DNA of 64,000 nucleotides from Scyliorhinus canicula. Taxonomy: Eukaryota. The stretch's first letter is position 1, and the number at the start of each line of letters is the position of its first letter. Positions 23,451 to 36,960 of this stretch are shown in pieces. The DNA is taken from NCBI RefSeq assembly GCF_902713615.1, contig NC_052158.1:44293159-44357158 (forward strand). Direction: 5' to 3'. Under the pieces are notes generated by a model that saw only the letters and a list, made by a program, of their open reading frames with translations, was not told the origin of the DNA and searched no databases. The translations under genes were made by a program, and so were the position numbers.

Positions 23451-25343
23451 TAAACTCTTCACTCTTCAATTCACTCTCTCTCTGTTTCCGCTCGTAGGCA
23501 TCCCCTGTTATTATTTGTAATTTAATTGTTGCATTTCATGTATTAGAAAGTAAAATTTGTTTAGAATTATCAACTCATTTTCACAAATTATTGTTTATTT
23601 GAATTCAATGTCTTAAACTGTCCGCTTCAACAAAAAATACCTGATTACTTACTTGTTGTGTAATGATGTGTCAATTCTACTCAGTTCAATAAACCCTGTT
23701 GTAAACAGAAGGCTTGATCCAGAGAATGTGTCTACTTGATTAACTGAAGCTCTCAGATTTTACTCATTGATCTTCACAAGAGTTGATGTAGTTTTGACCT
23801 TGACGTGTTATCTAATATTCATTTACTCGGATTCTTCACCTGATTTCTCTGTTGTCCAATGACGTTCTCTCAGTAGGGTTCTCAATAATAACCTGACATT
23901 TCCCCACGGTATTTCAATCTCAATGTTTTTTTTCCAACTGTTTTGTCAAAGGATTTAGTTTTGTAAATATCGCTCTAGACCTCTTCATGGTCAAGCGGGA
24001 CGTTTAACTATTGTATTTTCAAGCAGCTGACAGCTTTATTTGAAAAGTCATTGTGACAGGATCTGGGTTTGAATCCAGTCACAAATCTGATTGTGATGCC
24101 TTGTGGCTCCAACTGTCATGTGACCTACCAGGATATGACCTCATAATTTCCCCAGTCATGTATCTGTGGATTGGATGATTTCGGAAACACTTTCACTGGG
24201 GCTGACTTGGTCGTTGTCACCTTTGAAACACAAGGTGTGTCTTCAAGTCCCATTGCAGAATTTGTGCCTAATAAGGAACGCAATCACTCCAGTACAGTAC
24301 TGAGGGAGAGCTGCACTATTGGAGATGTTAAACCGAGGCCATGTCCATCCTATCATTCTGTTTTAGGTGATGCCAGGTGAAAGGTATTAACCTCTGCTCG
24401 GAATCTGCTCACCGCCACAACACCAACATTCAGATTTGTGGGCAGACATGACAACTTCCTTCCCAGCAGCGACCATCCCCCTGATCGAACCCCCGGGCTC
24501 GGCATTCCGAGTTCCTCTGCAGACAGCCGGTTGCTGCGAATGGACCAAAAGAGTCCTGAAACCTGAAACAATAAACTCTCTCACAGCCCTGTGAGTATGT
24601 CTCCATTAGACGGTGCAGTGAATACCGACAGAATAGATAACAATGGGGAGAAGTGCGAGCAGTTTCAATGTCACAATTTTGTGGAAATAGAGGAACTTAA
24701 AAAAAACGTCGAAAATACTGAACAGATCCTCTGGAAGCAGGACTCAAATCAAAGGCGAAAAGCACAAATGAAAGCTGAAAATACTTTGCGGATCTGTAAC
24801 ATCTGTGAAACGAGAAATAGTTCCTGACCTTTCATTGGAACGACCTGTTTCTCCAAGGATGCATTTTCTGTCTTCGTTTCAGTTTTATAGCATCTGCAGT
24901 ATTTTACTTTTATGTCAAACGACAGAGTTGTCTTTCCTACACTGAGGGTTATTGCAGGTCTGTCTGGCTGTGAGCAGCAGATACCAGAGAACCCACCACT
25001 TGGAGATCCCCTTCGAAGTCCAGCAGTACCCGATTTGGAAATATATTGCTGTTCCATCAATGGCGCTGGGCAAAATCGTGAAACTGCTCAAGAAGGCAAC
25101 TTACCACAACCTTCTCAAGGGTAACTAGGGATGGACAATAAATGCTGCCGTCATCAGCGACTCCAACGCCCTGTAAATAATAAATAAACAAATAGACGGC
25201 TATTAAAACCTAATTTTACCTTCGAAAAAGAGTTGATGCCAAAGTTCCTCATTTCACAACCAGTCCTAATTTCGCATGAATTCTGCGTTCGAACTGTTTC
25301 TTATCTTCAGTTTTAAACTCAGGGTTAGGTGCTTGAAAGTCAC

Positions 25344-25412
25344 TGCGCTGGTCGGGAATCGAACCCAGATTCGCTACTTGGGAAGCAGCTATGCTCACCA
25401 ACGTACCACCAA
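25344..25412 (-). pseudogene. tRNA-Gly(CCC) pseudogene
   Basis: Mirror of 28672-28743 with 5' end deleted and several stem mutations. Confidence 0.8.
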
Positions 25413-25905
25413 AACCATGCAATGCTTCCTTTGTAATTTGGGGCATGGTTTTGTTCAATTGGCTGGAGAGCTGGTTTGAGATGCAGAGCGAGGCCAATGG
25501 CGTGGACCGGCTGAGATTATTCATGAAGCACAATGCAGCCCTGTCCCTCTTCTGAGGTGTTGTCATCCTCAGGTCAAATCACCATCACTGACATCTTCTC
25601 CTCAAAGGGGAAAGCAGTCTGTGGTCACCTGGTGCATCGGCGACTTTAGCTCTACCTTTTATTTTGTGTATTGAATTTTCTTTAACGCAATTTAATATGC
25701 TCATGAATGAAAGTGTCCTTGTACTTCTTCCGTTTAGCCAGGAGATGGCGCCATTCCGCAATAAATGTGTGGATGCAATTTATTTCTGATGTTCTGGGTG
25801 TCATTACATCGGGCTCTTACTCTGACCCGAGACCTCACCTTGTCCTTGTGTCCTGATGCTGCCGTTTGCACACTGTTTAAGTTATCTTTATTAGTAGACA
25901 TCATT

Positions 25906-26250
25906 AGGGCAGCACGGTAGCATTGTGGATAGCACAATCGCTTCACAGCTCCAGGGTCCCAGGTTCGATTTCGGCTTGGGTCACTGTCTGTGCGGAGTCT
26001 GCACATCCTCCCCGTGTGGGTTTCCTCCGGGTGCTCCGGTTTCCTCCCACAGTCCAAAGATGTGCAGGTTAGGTGGATTGGCCATGATAAATTGCCCTTA
26101 GAGTCCAAAATTGCCCTTAGTGTTGGGGGGGGGTTACTGAGTTATGGGGATAGGGTGGAAGTGTTAACCTTCGGTAGGGTGCTCTTTCCAGGAGCCGGTG
26201 CAGACTCGATGGGCCGAATGGCCTCCTTCTGTATGATCTATGATCTTACT
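25906..26250 (+). mobile_element. HE1-type SINE present only in the left arm
   Basis: gggcagcacggtagc head, B box, body and tail; absent at the mirror position ~28125. Confidence 0.85.
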
Positions 26251-26431
26251 GTTTAGTTGCTCATTTCATCAGGCACCAGGAGTGTCCACAGCACCCTTTA
26301 TACGGAGCTTTGCTTCTCTCATTGTCTCTGACTGAGAACTCATTTGTTAATTTTGATCATTCATTCATCACACTGAAGGGACAATCTCCTTCGTCACCAC
26401 AGCTCCGTCTCCAATTACCCTCCCTTTCTAA

Positions 26432-26488
26432 CTGCGGTTCAGATCGCAGTTTCTTCTGGAAACTCGGGTTCGAATCCCATTCCTGACA
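26432..26488 (+). pseudogene. tRNA-Leu(CAG) 3'-half relic
   Basis: CTGCGGTTCAGATCGCAGT...GGGTTCGAATCCCATTCCTGACA; downstream flank is the inverted homolog of ~690-806. Confidence 0.65.
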
Positions 26489-27792
26489 TTGATTTTCCTC
26501 CGTGAGGCACCATCTAAACCTGCGAAATCTTTCACCCGGAGGCGCAAGGGGAGCAGGTAGAGAGAAAAATACAGGCGTGTGTGGAGTTTGCACATTCTCC
26601 CCGTGTCTGAGTGGGTCTCATCCTGTTACTGATTTCTTCAAACTTTATCGAAACTTCAACTCCACAATATGAACCCATAAATGTGAATGCTTCACGGACA
26701 GGCTACCCGCTGTAGCACAGAGCCAGATGCGCGTGTTCCCCATTCCCACGAGGGAATTTCTGAACTTGTCCAACAGGCAGTCCAGAAATGCAGTAATTTG
26801 CACAGTGACTACTGTTGAAAAGTATTTTATTGTCTGTTAATTATTTGGGGCGTCCTATGGCTGTGAAAAGAACGACAGAAACTGCAGCCGAGCTCAGAAA
26901 GGACGCAGACAGATTGGATGAATGGGAGGACATGAGGCAGATGAAGAATGAAGTGATTCATTGTATTAAGAAGAAGAGCTGTAAGGTGGTTCTGAGATAA
27001 AGGGATCGAGAGAGAACGAGAGGACTGCAGCCTGACTCTTACTCTGAAAACCAGTTAGTGCGCCCTTGTAGATAGTGGATGTGTCTGAGAACAGGAGAAA
27101 AGCAGATCAGGGGCCTGTGATTTGTTTTATTTAGCCGGACCCTGATAAGTGAAGCAAACTTATATCCACTCAGTGTCTGTCTGAGAGCTGGCAAGCAATT
27201 GCGGCCGACATTGAAGCGGTTCCGAGTGAATTCGTTACAACAAATCAATTCGTTAAGAGGAGCTGGAATTGTGTTTTCAGAGACACGGTCATTGTTTCTT
27301 AAAAGATCAGTCACGCTTGTTTTTGTTTAGTTCAGTGATTTTGCGGAATCTATTTGGAGAGGCTGCAGTTGGTCAGTATCTGTATCTCTAACCTGCCCAG
27401 TTCCCCGGGCAGCGGAGCTCCATTTCTCTCCAGATGTGCGCACACAAGCGGCAAATCCAAATTATTGTGCATTGCTCCCATCTCCTGGCTGGACGCGAGT
27501 TGTGCAACAAGGTAACTATCCATACGTAACCCTTTAGAATTGGAGCCAAACAATATCAACATTGTGTTTAAAGATAAAAATTATTGCACCCATTAGAAGA
27601 ACACATATAATGCCCCATAGATCTACTTTCTGACTGAGCCACCCTGCTCCTCACGATCTATCAGGAAAGTTTAGATGTCCATGACAGCCATACTTGTAGC
27701 AAGATTATCTAGTGTCTGATTTAATACATTGTCTCGCTTCGTTGCTTGTGTATTTGTTCTATTAACACAGAGAGGGTGATATAGCCCGGTGA

Positions 27793-27856
27793 GCGATGGT
27801 GGTATAGCGGTGACTGTCTGAGCATTTGACCCAGGTTCAGTCCCGGGCTATCAGAG
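27793..27856 (+). pseudogene. Highly degenerate tRNA-Gly relic (paralog at 35834-35896)
   Basis: GCGATGGTGGTATAGCGGTGA...TTGACCCAGGTTCAGTCCCGG; anticodon arm partly deleted. Confidence 0.5.
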
Positions 27857-28019
27857 TGGTGAATTATTTAATTAGATATCGCAGTCAGGACAGAAAAGAA
27901 GGGGCCCTCCTCAAATAAAATTCACAAACATTCTCACCTCCATGTGTTACTAATGTAAAATCCAGCTTCGATTTCTTGTCAGTGGAAACTTTGTTTCAAT
28001 AAAAGCCGGACTTCAACAT

Positions 28020-31000
28020 TAACAAATGATTTCTCAGTCAGAGACAATGAGAGAAGCGAAGCTCAGCATAAACGGTGCTGTGGACACTCCAGGTGCCTGA
28101 TGAAATTAGCAACTAAAACAGTGAGATAATGATGTCCAATAATAAAGATAACTTAAACAGTGTGAGAACGGCAGCATCAGGACACAAGGACAAGGTGAGG
28201 TCACAGGCCAGAGTAAGAGTCCGATGTAATGACACCCAGAACATCAGAAATAAATTGCATCCACACATTTATTGCGGAATGGTGCCATCTCCTGGCTAAA
28301 CGGAAGTAGTACAGGACACTTTCATTCATGAGCATATCAAATTGGAGTGAAATAACATAAACAAAGTAAGAATTCTTACAAAATATTTTCAAGAAAATTC
28401 AATGCACAAAATGAAAGGTAAAGCTAAAGTCGCCGCAGCCCCGGGCGACCACAGGCTACTTTCCCCTTTGAGGGGAAGATCTGAGTAGTGGTGATTTGAT
28501 TTGAGGATTACCACACCTCAGAAGAGGGACAGGGCTGCATTGTGCTTCATGAATAATCCCAGCCGGTTCACGCCATTGGCCTCGCTCTGCATCTCAAACC
28601 AGCTCTCCAGCCAATTGAACAAAACCATGCCCCATGCCACAAAGGAAGCATTGCTGGGTGCTGAGTTGTATGCGTTGGTGGTATAGTGGTGAGCATAGCT
28701 GCTTCCCAAGCAGTGGACCCGGGTTCGATTCCCGGCCAGCACAATGACTTTTAAGCGTCTAACCCTGAGTTTAAAATTGAAGACAAGAAACAGTTCGAAC
28801 GTAAAATTCATGCGAAATTAGGACTGGTTGTGAAATAAAGAACTTTGGCCTCAAACCTTTTTCGAAGGTAAAATTAGGTTTTAATAGTCGTCGATTTGTT
28901 TATTTATTATTTACAGGGCGTTGGAGTCGCTGATGACGGCAGCATTTATTGTCCATCCCTAGTTACCCTTGAGAAGGTTGTGGTGAGTTGCCTTCTTGAG
29001 CAGTTTCACGATTTTGCCCAGCGCCATTGATGGAACAGCAATATATTTCCAAGTCGGGTACTGCTGGACTTCGAAGGGGACCTCCAGGTGGTGGGGTTCT
29101 CTGGTATCTGCTGCTCACAGCCAGACAGACCTGCAATAACCCTCAGTGTAGGAAAGACAACTCTGTCGTTTGACATAAAAGTAAAATACTTGCTGTAAAA
29201 CTGAAACGAAGACAGAAAATGCATCCTTGGTGAAACAGGTTGTTCCAATGAAAGGTCAGGAACTATTTCTCGTTTCACAGATGTTACAGATCCGTAAAGT
29301 ATTTTCATTTGTGCTTTTCCCTTTTGACTTGAGTCCTGCTTCCAGAGGATTTGTTCAGTATTTTCGACGTGTTTTTTTTTAATCCTCTATTTCCACAAAA
29401 TTGTGACATTGAAACTGCTATCACTTCTCCCCATTGTTATCTATTCTGTCGGTATTCACTGCACCGTCTAATGGAGACATACTCACAGGGCAGTGAGAGA
29501 GTTTATTGTTTCAGGTTTCAGGACTCTTTTGGTCCATTCGCAGCAACCGGCTCTCTGCAGAGGAACTCGGAATGCCGAGCCCCTCTTCCAGGAATCAGGG
29601 GACAAAATGTTGGTTGAAGAGTGAATAAAAGGTCTGAGGATTTGGGCTGAGATTCTCAGAGTTCTGGGGACAGAACAAGCTGGTGGAAAAATGAGGCAAT
29701 AGCTGGATACGAGTTTGGGATATTATCCAGTCTGTGCTGGAGCTGGGGGGGGGGGGGGGGGGGAGGATCAGTCGGGGGGCGGTGGAGCGGCGCTGCTGGG
29801 AAGGAAGTTCTCATGTCTGCCCACAAAGCTCAACGTTGGGGTTGAGGCGGTGATCAGGTTCCGAGCAGAGGTTAAAGCCTTTCACTGACTTTCGAGGTAC
29901 ATGTAACCTGTTAAAGTTAATTCCTCCATCCCCTCTTCATAAAGAAAAACTAAATCTGGAGGGAGTTAAAATGAGGTCTCATTCTTTTGTTGAGATCATT
30001 ATTCTCGCACTCTTGAAATGAAATGAAAATCGCTTATTGTGACGAGTAGGCTTTAATGAAGTTACTGTGAAAGTCCCTAGTCGCCACATTCCGGCGCCTG
30101 GCACGGGAATCGAACCGTGCTGCTGGCCTGCTTGAAAAGCCAGCGATTTAGCTGAGTGAGCTAAACCAGCCCCTCTTGACCATAGTCCTGAACTAGAGTT
30201 CCACACAACACTCAGCTCCCACTAAATCCAGGAATAAATACAGTATCCTATTCAAGCGGCAAATCTCGGATAAATATCAGCCAGTAACCGGGGTGATAAC
30301 CCCTCTGCTCCTGTGTCTTCGGCACAGCGTCCTGGCACCACTTAAAACAGAATGATAGGGTGGACATGGCCTCGGTTTAACAACTCCAATAGTGCAGCTC
30401 TCCTTCAATACTGTACTGGAGTGTTAGCCTTGCTCATTACGCACAAATTCTGCAATGGGATTTGAAGATACATCTTGTGTTTCAAAGGTGACAGCGACCA
30501 AGTCAGCCCCAGTGAAAGTGTTTAAGAAATCATCCAATCCACAGATACATGACTGGGGCAATTATGAGGTCATCTCCTGGCAGGTCACATGACAGCTGGA
30601 GCCACAAGGCATCACAATCAGATTTGTGACTGGATTCAAACCCAGATCCTGTCACAATGACTTTTCAAATAAAGCTGTCTGCTGCTTGAAAATACAATAG
30701 TTAAACGTCCCGCTTGACCATGAAGAGAGCTAGAGCGATATTTCCAAAACTAAATCCTTTGACAAAATAGTTGAAAAAAAAACATTGAGATTGAAATACT
30801 GTGAGGCAAAGTCAGGTTATTATTGAGAACTCTACTCAGAGAACGTCATTGGCTAACAGAGAAATCAGGTGAAGAATCCGAGTAAACCAACACCAGACAG
30901 CACGTCAACGTCAAAACTACATCAACTTTTGTGAAGATCAATGAGTAAAATCTGAGTGTTCCAGTTCATCAAGTAGACACATTCTCTGGATGAAGTATTC

Positions 31001-34000
31001 TGTTTACAACAGGGTTTATTGAACTGAGTGGAATTGACACATCATTACACAACAAGTAAGTAATCAGGTATTTTTTGTTGAAACGTACAGTTTAAGATAT
31101 TGAATTCAAATAAACAAGAATTCGTGAAAATAAGTTGATAATTCTAAACAAACTTTACCATCAAATACATGAAATGCAGCAATTAAATTACAAATAATAA
31201 CTGGGGATGCCTACGAGCGGAAACAGAGAGAGAGTGGATTGAAGAGTGAAGAGTTTAGAATGTGGATTTATTGTTAGTGGGGATTAGGTGCAGAGGGGGA
31301 AGGAGCTGCTTTATAATTTTAACGGAGGGACAACAGGAAAAAAGTACAAGAGACAAAGTGCGTTACTTTCATTAAATAGACAGAACTTTAAATAGACAGC
31401 TCATTTCAGTGAAATATTGGGACTGCTGAGAGCCGTTGTCTCCACACCCTGTGCTCGGTGGGACCTCCAAAGCAGGATAACGATATTTGTCTCAATCACA
31501 ATACTTTAGAACAAAGCAGAACGCAGAAGCTGCTAATGACGCACTGAAGGCGGAGCTGGTGGAGGAATTGGCCAGGATGAAAAAAGGTAAAAAGCAGGCA
31601 ATGACAAGATTGCAGAGCTCACACTAGAAAAGTCACCCAATCTGGATGTGACACATCCTGGATCACTGAGAGAAGAAACAGTGGAAATAGCGGAGCTTCC
31701 AGCCACAATCTTTCAATCCTCCGTGGATATGGAAGTGAAACCTGAGAACTGCAGGTTGTTAATGTGACATCCGTGTTTAAAATGGAGAGGGATAAACAGA
31801 AAGGATAAAGTTGTGGTCAGCGGTTGCTTTTCAGAGTAAAGGGATTTATGCAGAACCGATGCTCTGTCAGGTCATCCGGCAGTTCTGTTCCCATTCCCAG
31901 AGCTCTGTGACATTTTAAACTTCCAGCCTATCTCCAGTTTGCTGATGACACTGAGCCCCAGAGCAGCAATGAGAGAGAGGACGAGAGTGAGAGCGTTAGG
32001 GGTGGTGTGGGATGTGTGTGGTTGGGGTGGGGGCGGGGGTGGAGGGGTGGGGGGAGGGGGTAATAAAGAGTAGTGGGGGAGGGGCTGCAGCAAACCAGCC
32101 AAATTTAAAATAAATACTCAAAGCATTATATCACGGGAAAGGAGGGAAATGGTTGGTTTGCGCATATTTCTTTGTTTTTCTCTCCAAATTAGGACATTGA
32201 TTTAAACTGGGGCTGGAAAATTATACATTTCAATCAGGGTGAGTAGAACAGTGAGTGTAAGTGTAATAGACTATTAGTGCAGAGCAGGTCGAGAGGCATT
32301 AAATAAAATTATTAGTTTAAACCAGGTAATATTTAGATTCTAAAAGAGGGGATAGAGGTTTCTTTTTAGATAATGGATGGGCAACTGCTCCGTGCAGGTG
32401 CTGCCCCGTGAGGGAATATCTCGGCCACTTCATGTGTTTTGAGGGACACATGTGTAGGCAGTGGCCCCAACTACTTGAGCTCGAGTTTATCATTTCTAAG
32501 TTTGAGAGGCAGTTGGAGTCCCTTTGGAGCATCCAGGAGGCTGTTGTTCCAGGAGGTGAAGAGCCCAAAGGGAAAGGGAGAGTTCACGATTGTAGATGTG
32601 GGGAGTTTGCACATCCTGCCGTGTTTGCATGGGTTTCACCCCACACCCCAAGGATGCGCAGAGTAACTTGATTGGCCATGCTAAATTGACCTTAATTGGA
32701 AACATGAATTGGTGACTCTAAATTTATTTTTTGAATTGATAGTAGATGAAATGAAATGAAAATGAAAATATCTTATTGTCATAAGTAGGCTTCAATGAAG
32801 TTACTGTGAAAAGCCCCTAGTCGCCACATCCCGGCGCCTGTTCAGGGACCGGAACTGCAGGAAGAGGCAGGGAATGTGTCACTGTCAAACCGGTACTCAG
32901 CATGGGAGATGGCTGGCAATGGTCATACACTGAAGGATGACAGTCCAAACCATGGCATCAACGAACAAGAAACTACACAGGATGGAACAGCATAGAGTAG
33001 AAATGCAGTCGTTACCGAGGCATCCATGGCTGACAAGGGAAGTCAGGGATAGCATAAAAGCAAAAGAAAAGGCATACAAGTTGGCGAGGATTGTGACGTC
33101 TTTAAAGACGAGCAGTGAACAACTGGAATAGCAATAAGGGGGAGCAGAAGAAATATTAGTATAAGCTAGGTAGTGATATAAAAGAAAAGAGGAAATGTTT
33201 TTTTCAATACATAAAAGGTAAGAGAGAGACCAGAATAGACAATGTACCGCTGGAAAATGAGGCTGGAGAAGTAGTAATGGGAAACAAAAAAGGGCAGAGG
33301 AACTGAACAGTTACTTTGCATAAGTCTTCAGAAATGTGAACGAACAATGTTACATTTATCTCTCTGTTTTGGTGAAGATCGGAAGCAGCGATATCAGATT
33401 CCACCACTCGCCAAGTTGAACATCGCCAATCACGTGGGCAATGTCATTCTGTCAGTCAATGGGGTCAGTTGGCATTTTAGGAGAAATTCGAAGTCATCAT
33501 GACTTCACCAGTAGCCTCATGGTTAAGGTGTTACTGATGTTGATCGTGATGTGATCAAATGAGTGTCTGTTTCAGTCTTTCCGCGGTGGGTTTTTATGCT
33601 GAGGAGAAACATGTTGGATATGGTCTGGGAATGTCTCACACCGGTCCATTCCCAACATTCCCTGACCTGATCGGATGGGCTTTTCCTTCCAAACGTTGCA
33701 TGACACTTTATTCATATTGATTAATTATCATATGTTAACTATTCTTTCATATGTTTAATGCAGTTTATTTAAACTGCTAATTATCGTACGCGATAAATTC
33801 CCCCAAACAGGTAACTTGGGTCATAACCTTCAATGAAAGGCAAAGGGTGTCCCGGCCATTTGTGTAGTTAGTGCTTTGTTTATGGAGCTGAGTAAATAGT
33901 TCGGATCAGAGCCGCCTTAAGGAAAACCTTTCTCTGTTCAGTAAAGGTGTTTCCTGTTGTGACAAATATGCTGTTATTCTGTGAGACAGAATGTCTCACA

Positions 34001-34955
34001 CATGTCTTTTTACCTCCTCCCTTCTCAATACCAAAGGCCCCAAACGCTCTTTCCAGGTGAAACAGCGATACACAAGTTTTTTTCAGGTTAATCTACTGCA
34101 TGTGCTGCCACAATTTGCTATCTACTTCAGCACACCAAATCGCAGACTGGGTGGCCGCTTTGAGAAATCAGAGTTCAATCCGCAAGGCTGACTATGAACT
34201 TCCTGCCACTTGTCATTTCCAATATCCACTTTGTTCCCGCTCTGACGGTTCTGCCCTTGGTCTGCTACAGTGTCGCAATGCAGATTAACGTAAACACGAG
34301 GATGATCACCTCCCCTTTAACTCAGGGCGCCACAGATTTCTGGACACAACATCGAGTTCAATAATTTATTTAAATCTTATTACATTCCTTCACTATGCAG
34401 TTGGACGGCGGAGGAGTAGTTGGAGTTGTTTCTGGAATGAATTGCAGAGCTAAAGGCTCAGACAGCTGGAAACGTGGTCGCCATTGGCGGAATAATAACA
34501 AGTGTAAATGGGCAATAGGACAGAGATGGATTCAGAAAGAGAAAGGGAAATGTCTGGGAATGGACCCTAACTCCAGTCTGGTAAATGAGAAATCTCCCCC
34601 CGAACCACTGATGTTTACACAGCCGCTCATTCCATCTGTCCAGTCAGAAACCTATCTGAAGGAACATGCAGTGTGACAGAGCGCCTGTGATAATCCTCCA
34701 CTGTCTGAACTAAAGCTGCAACATGAGCTGTTCATTACAGCTGTGATAAACGTGTTGGTGTGAGCATTCAGTGGTGTAGATTCACATCATCCTTGTTTGG
34801 AGCTCTGTCAGAAACTGTCTGGAAAGTTGACTGAACAGTTGCCCGCTGATGGATATGTTTAGTTTGCAATCTGCCTGAGGAGTGAGCAGACTGACTCTGA
34901 TCAGAATCTTTCAAAGATTGTATTTTTGCCCTGAACGTTTTTTCTGAGAAGATGA
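28020..34955. repeat. Right arm of large inverted duplication
   Basis: 28020-33330 mirrors 20520-26350; 33330-34955 mirrors ~4790-6390. Confidence 0.9.
28672..28743 (+). tRNA. tRNA-Gly, anticodon CCC on a Gly-TCC scaffold (C2:A71 mismatch)
   Basis: GCGTTGGTGGTATAGTGGTGAGCATAGCTGC-TTCCCAA-GCAGTGGACCCGGGTTCGATTCCCGGCCAGCACA; TTTT downstream. Confidence 0.8.
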
Positions 34956-35349
34956 CATCAGAAGGTGGCACAGTGGTTAGCACTGCTGCCTCACAGCGCC
35001 AGGGACGCGGTTTCAATTGCGATCTTTGGTGACTGTGCGGAGTCTGCATGTTCTCCCTGTGTTATTAGTGGGTTTCATCCGGGTGCTCCGGTTTCCTCCC
35101 ACAGTCCAAGGGTATGCGGGGTTGGTGGATTGGCCATGCTTCATTGCCCCATAGTGTCCAATAGGTTAGGTGGGGTTACTGGGTTTATGGGGATAGGGTG
35201 GGGGGCATAGGGCCTCTTTCAGAGGGTCGGTGCAGAATGGCCTCCTTCTGCACTGTGGGAAATCTATGATTACTTCTGGTGCAAAAGGAAAGTCCTGCTG
35301 CTACCTTTATAGAAGGACGTTTGGATGCTCTGGAATAAAATGATCAGCC

Positions 35350-36960
35350 TGTTGCTGATTTCTTCAAACTTTACCTAAACGTCAGTTCCACAATTTGAAC
35401 CTACAAATTTGAATATTTCACGGGACACGCTACCCATTGCAGCACAGAGCCAGATGCGTAGGGCGTGTTCCTCTTTCCCAAGAGGGAATTTCTGAACTGT
35501 CCAACAGGCTGTCAAAAAGTTCAGTAATTTGCACAGTAACGATAGTTGAAAAGTACGTTATTGACTGTAAATTGTTTTGGGGCTTCCTGTGGCTGTCAGC
35601 GTGGTGTTTAAAGATAAAAATTATTGTAAACATTATATCATACACACACAATGCCCCATAGACCTACTTTCTGACTCAGCGACCCTGCTCATCACGATCT
35701 ATCAGAAAACCCTAGACGTCCATTACAGACATATTGGTAGCAAGATTATTCAATGTCCGATTTAAAACATTGTCCCACTTCGTTGCTTCTGTATTCGTTC
35801 TATTAATACAGAGGGGGTGATATACCACGGTATGCGATGGTGGTATAGTCGTGACTGCCTGATCATTTCACCCAGGTTCAGTTCCTGGCCATCAGAGTGG
35901 CGAATTATTTAATTAGATATCGCAGGTCAGGTCAGAAAAGGAGGGGCACTCCTCAAATAAAATTCACAAAATATTCTAACATCCATGTCTTACTAACGTA
36001 AAATCCAGCTCCCATTTGTTTTCAGTGGAAACTTTGTTTCAATAAAAGCCGGAAATTAATAAATGAGTTCTCAGTCAGAGACAATGAGATAAGCAAAGTT
36101 CAATATGGACACTCGTGGTGCCTGATGAAATTAGCAACTAAACAGTTAGATAAAGATGTCCACTAAAAAAGATAATTTAAACAGTGTGAGAACGGCAGCA
36201 TCAGGACACAAGGACAAGGTGAGGTCTCAGGCCAGAGTAAGAGTCCGATGTAATGACACCCAGAAGATCAGAAATAAATTGCATTCACACATTTATTGCG
36301 GAATGGTGCCATCTCCTGGCTGACGGAAGTCGTGTGACACGAACACTTTCATTCATGAGCATCCGAAGTTGGAGTGAAATAACATAAACAAAGTAAGAAT
36401 TCTTACAAAACATTTCCAAGTAAATGCAATGCAGAAAATTAAAGATAAAGTTAAAGTCGCCTTAACCCCAGATGACCACAGGCTGCTTTCCCCTTTGAGG
36501 GGGAGATCTGACTGGTGGTGATTTAACCTGAGGATCACCACACTTCAGAGGAACGGCAAGGCTGAGGAGGCGGGGCCTTCATGAGTAACTGCAGCCGGTC
36601 CTTGCTGTTGGTCTTATATGCGTTGGTGGTATAGTGGTGAGCATAGCTGCTTCCCAAGCAGTTGACCCGGGTTCGATTCCCGGCCATCGCAGTCATTTTT
36701 ATGCGCGAAATCGTGACTTTCAAACTGAAGGCCAAAAATAGTTCGAACGCAGAATTTATGCGAAATTAGGGCTGTTGTGAAATAAGCAAGTATATCATCA
36801 ATTTTTTTTTAAAGATGAAATTAGGTTTCAATCGTAGTCTATGTTTTTATTTATTATTTACAGGTTATTAGAGTGGCTGATGGCAGCATTTATTGCCCAT
36901 CCCGAGTTACCTTTAAGATGGTTAAGATGCCTTCTTAAACAGTTTCACGATTTTGCCCCA
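35350..36960 (+). repeat. Direct duplication of the tRNA-Gly unit (vs ~26620-26850 and 27560-29050)
   Basis: Colinear matches such as gtgtttaaagataaaaattattg, cctcaaataaaattcacaaa and ggacacaaggacaaggtgagg. Confidence 0.85.
36620..36691 (+). tRNA. tRNA-Gly, anticodon CCC on a Gly-TCC scaffold
   Basis: 72-nt cloverleaf with one acceptor mismatch (T4:T69); T5 terminator at 36696. Confidence 0.85.

Larger units (their letters stand above)
20520..26350. repeat. Left arm (inner part) of large inverted duplication
   Basis: Reverse complement aligns with 28020-33330, e.g. 23460-24300 vs 30400-31260 and 24490-25900 vs 28130-29580. Confidence 0.9.

Noticed and set aside
24045-24090. B-box-like GGTTTGAATCC in a small hairpin
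   Set aside because: No recognisable A box or cloverleaf
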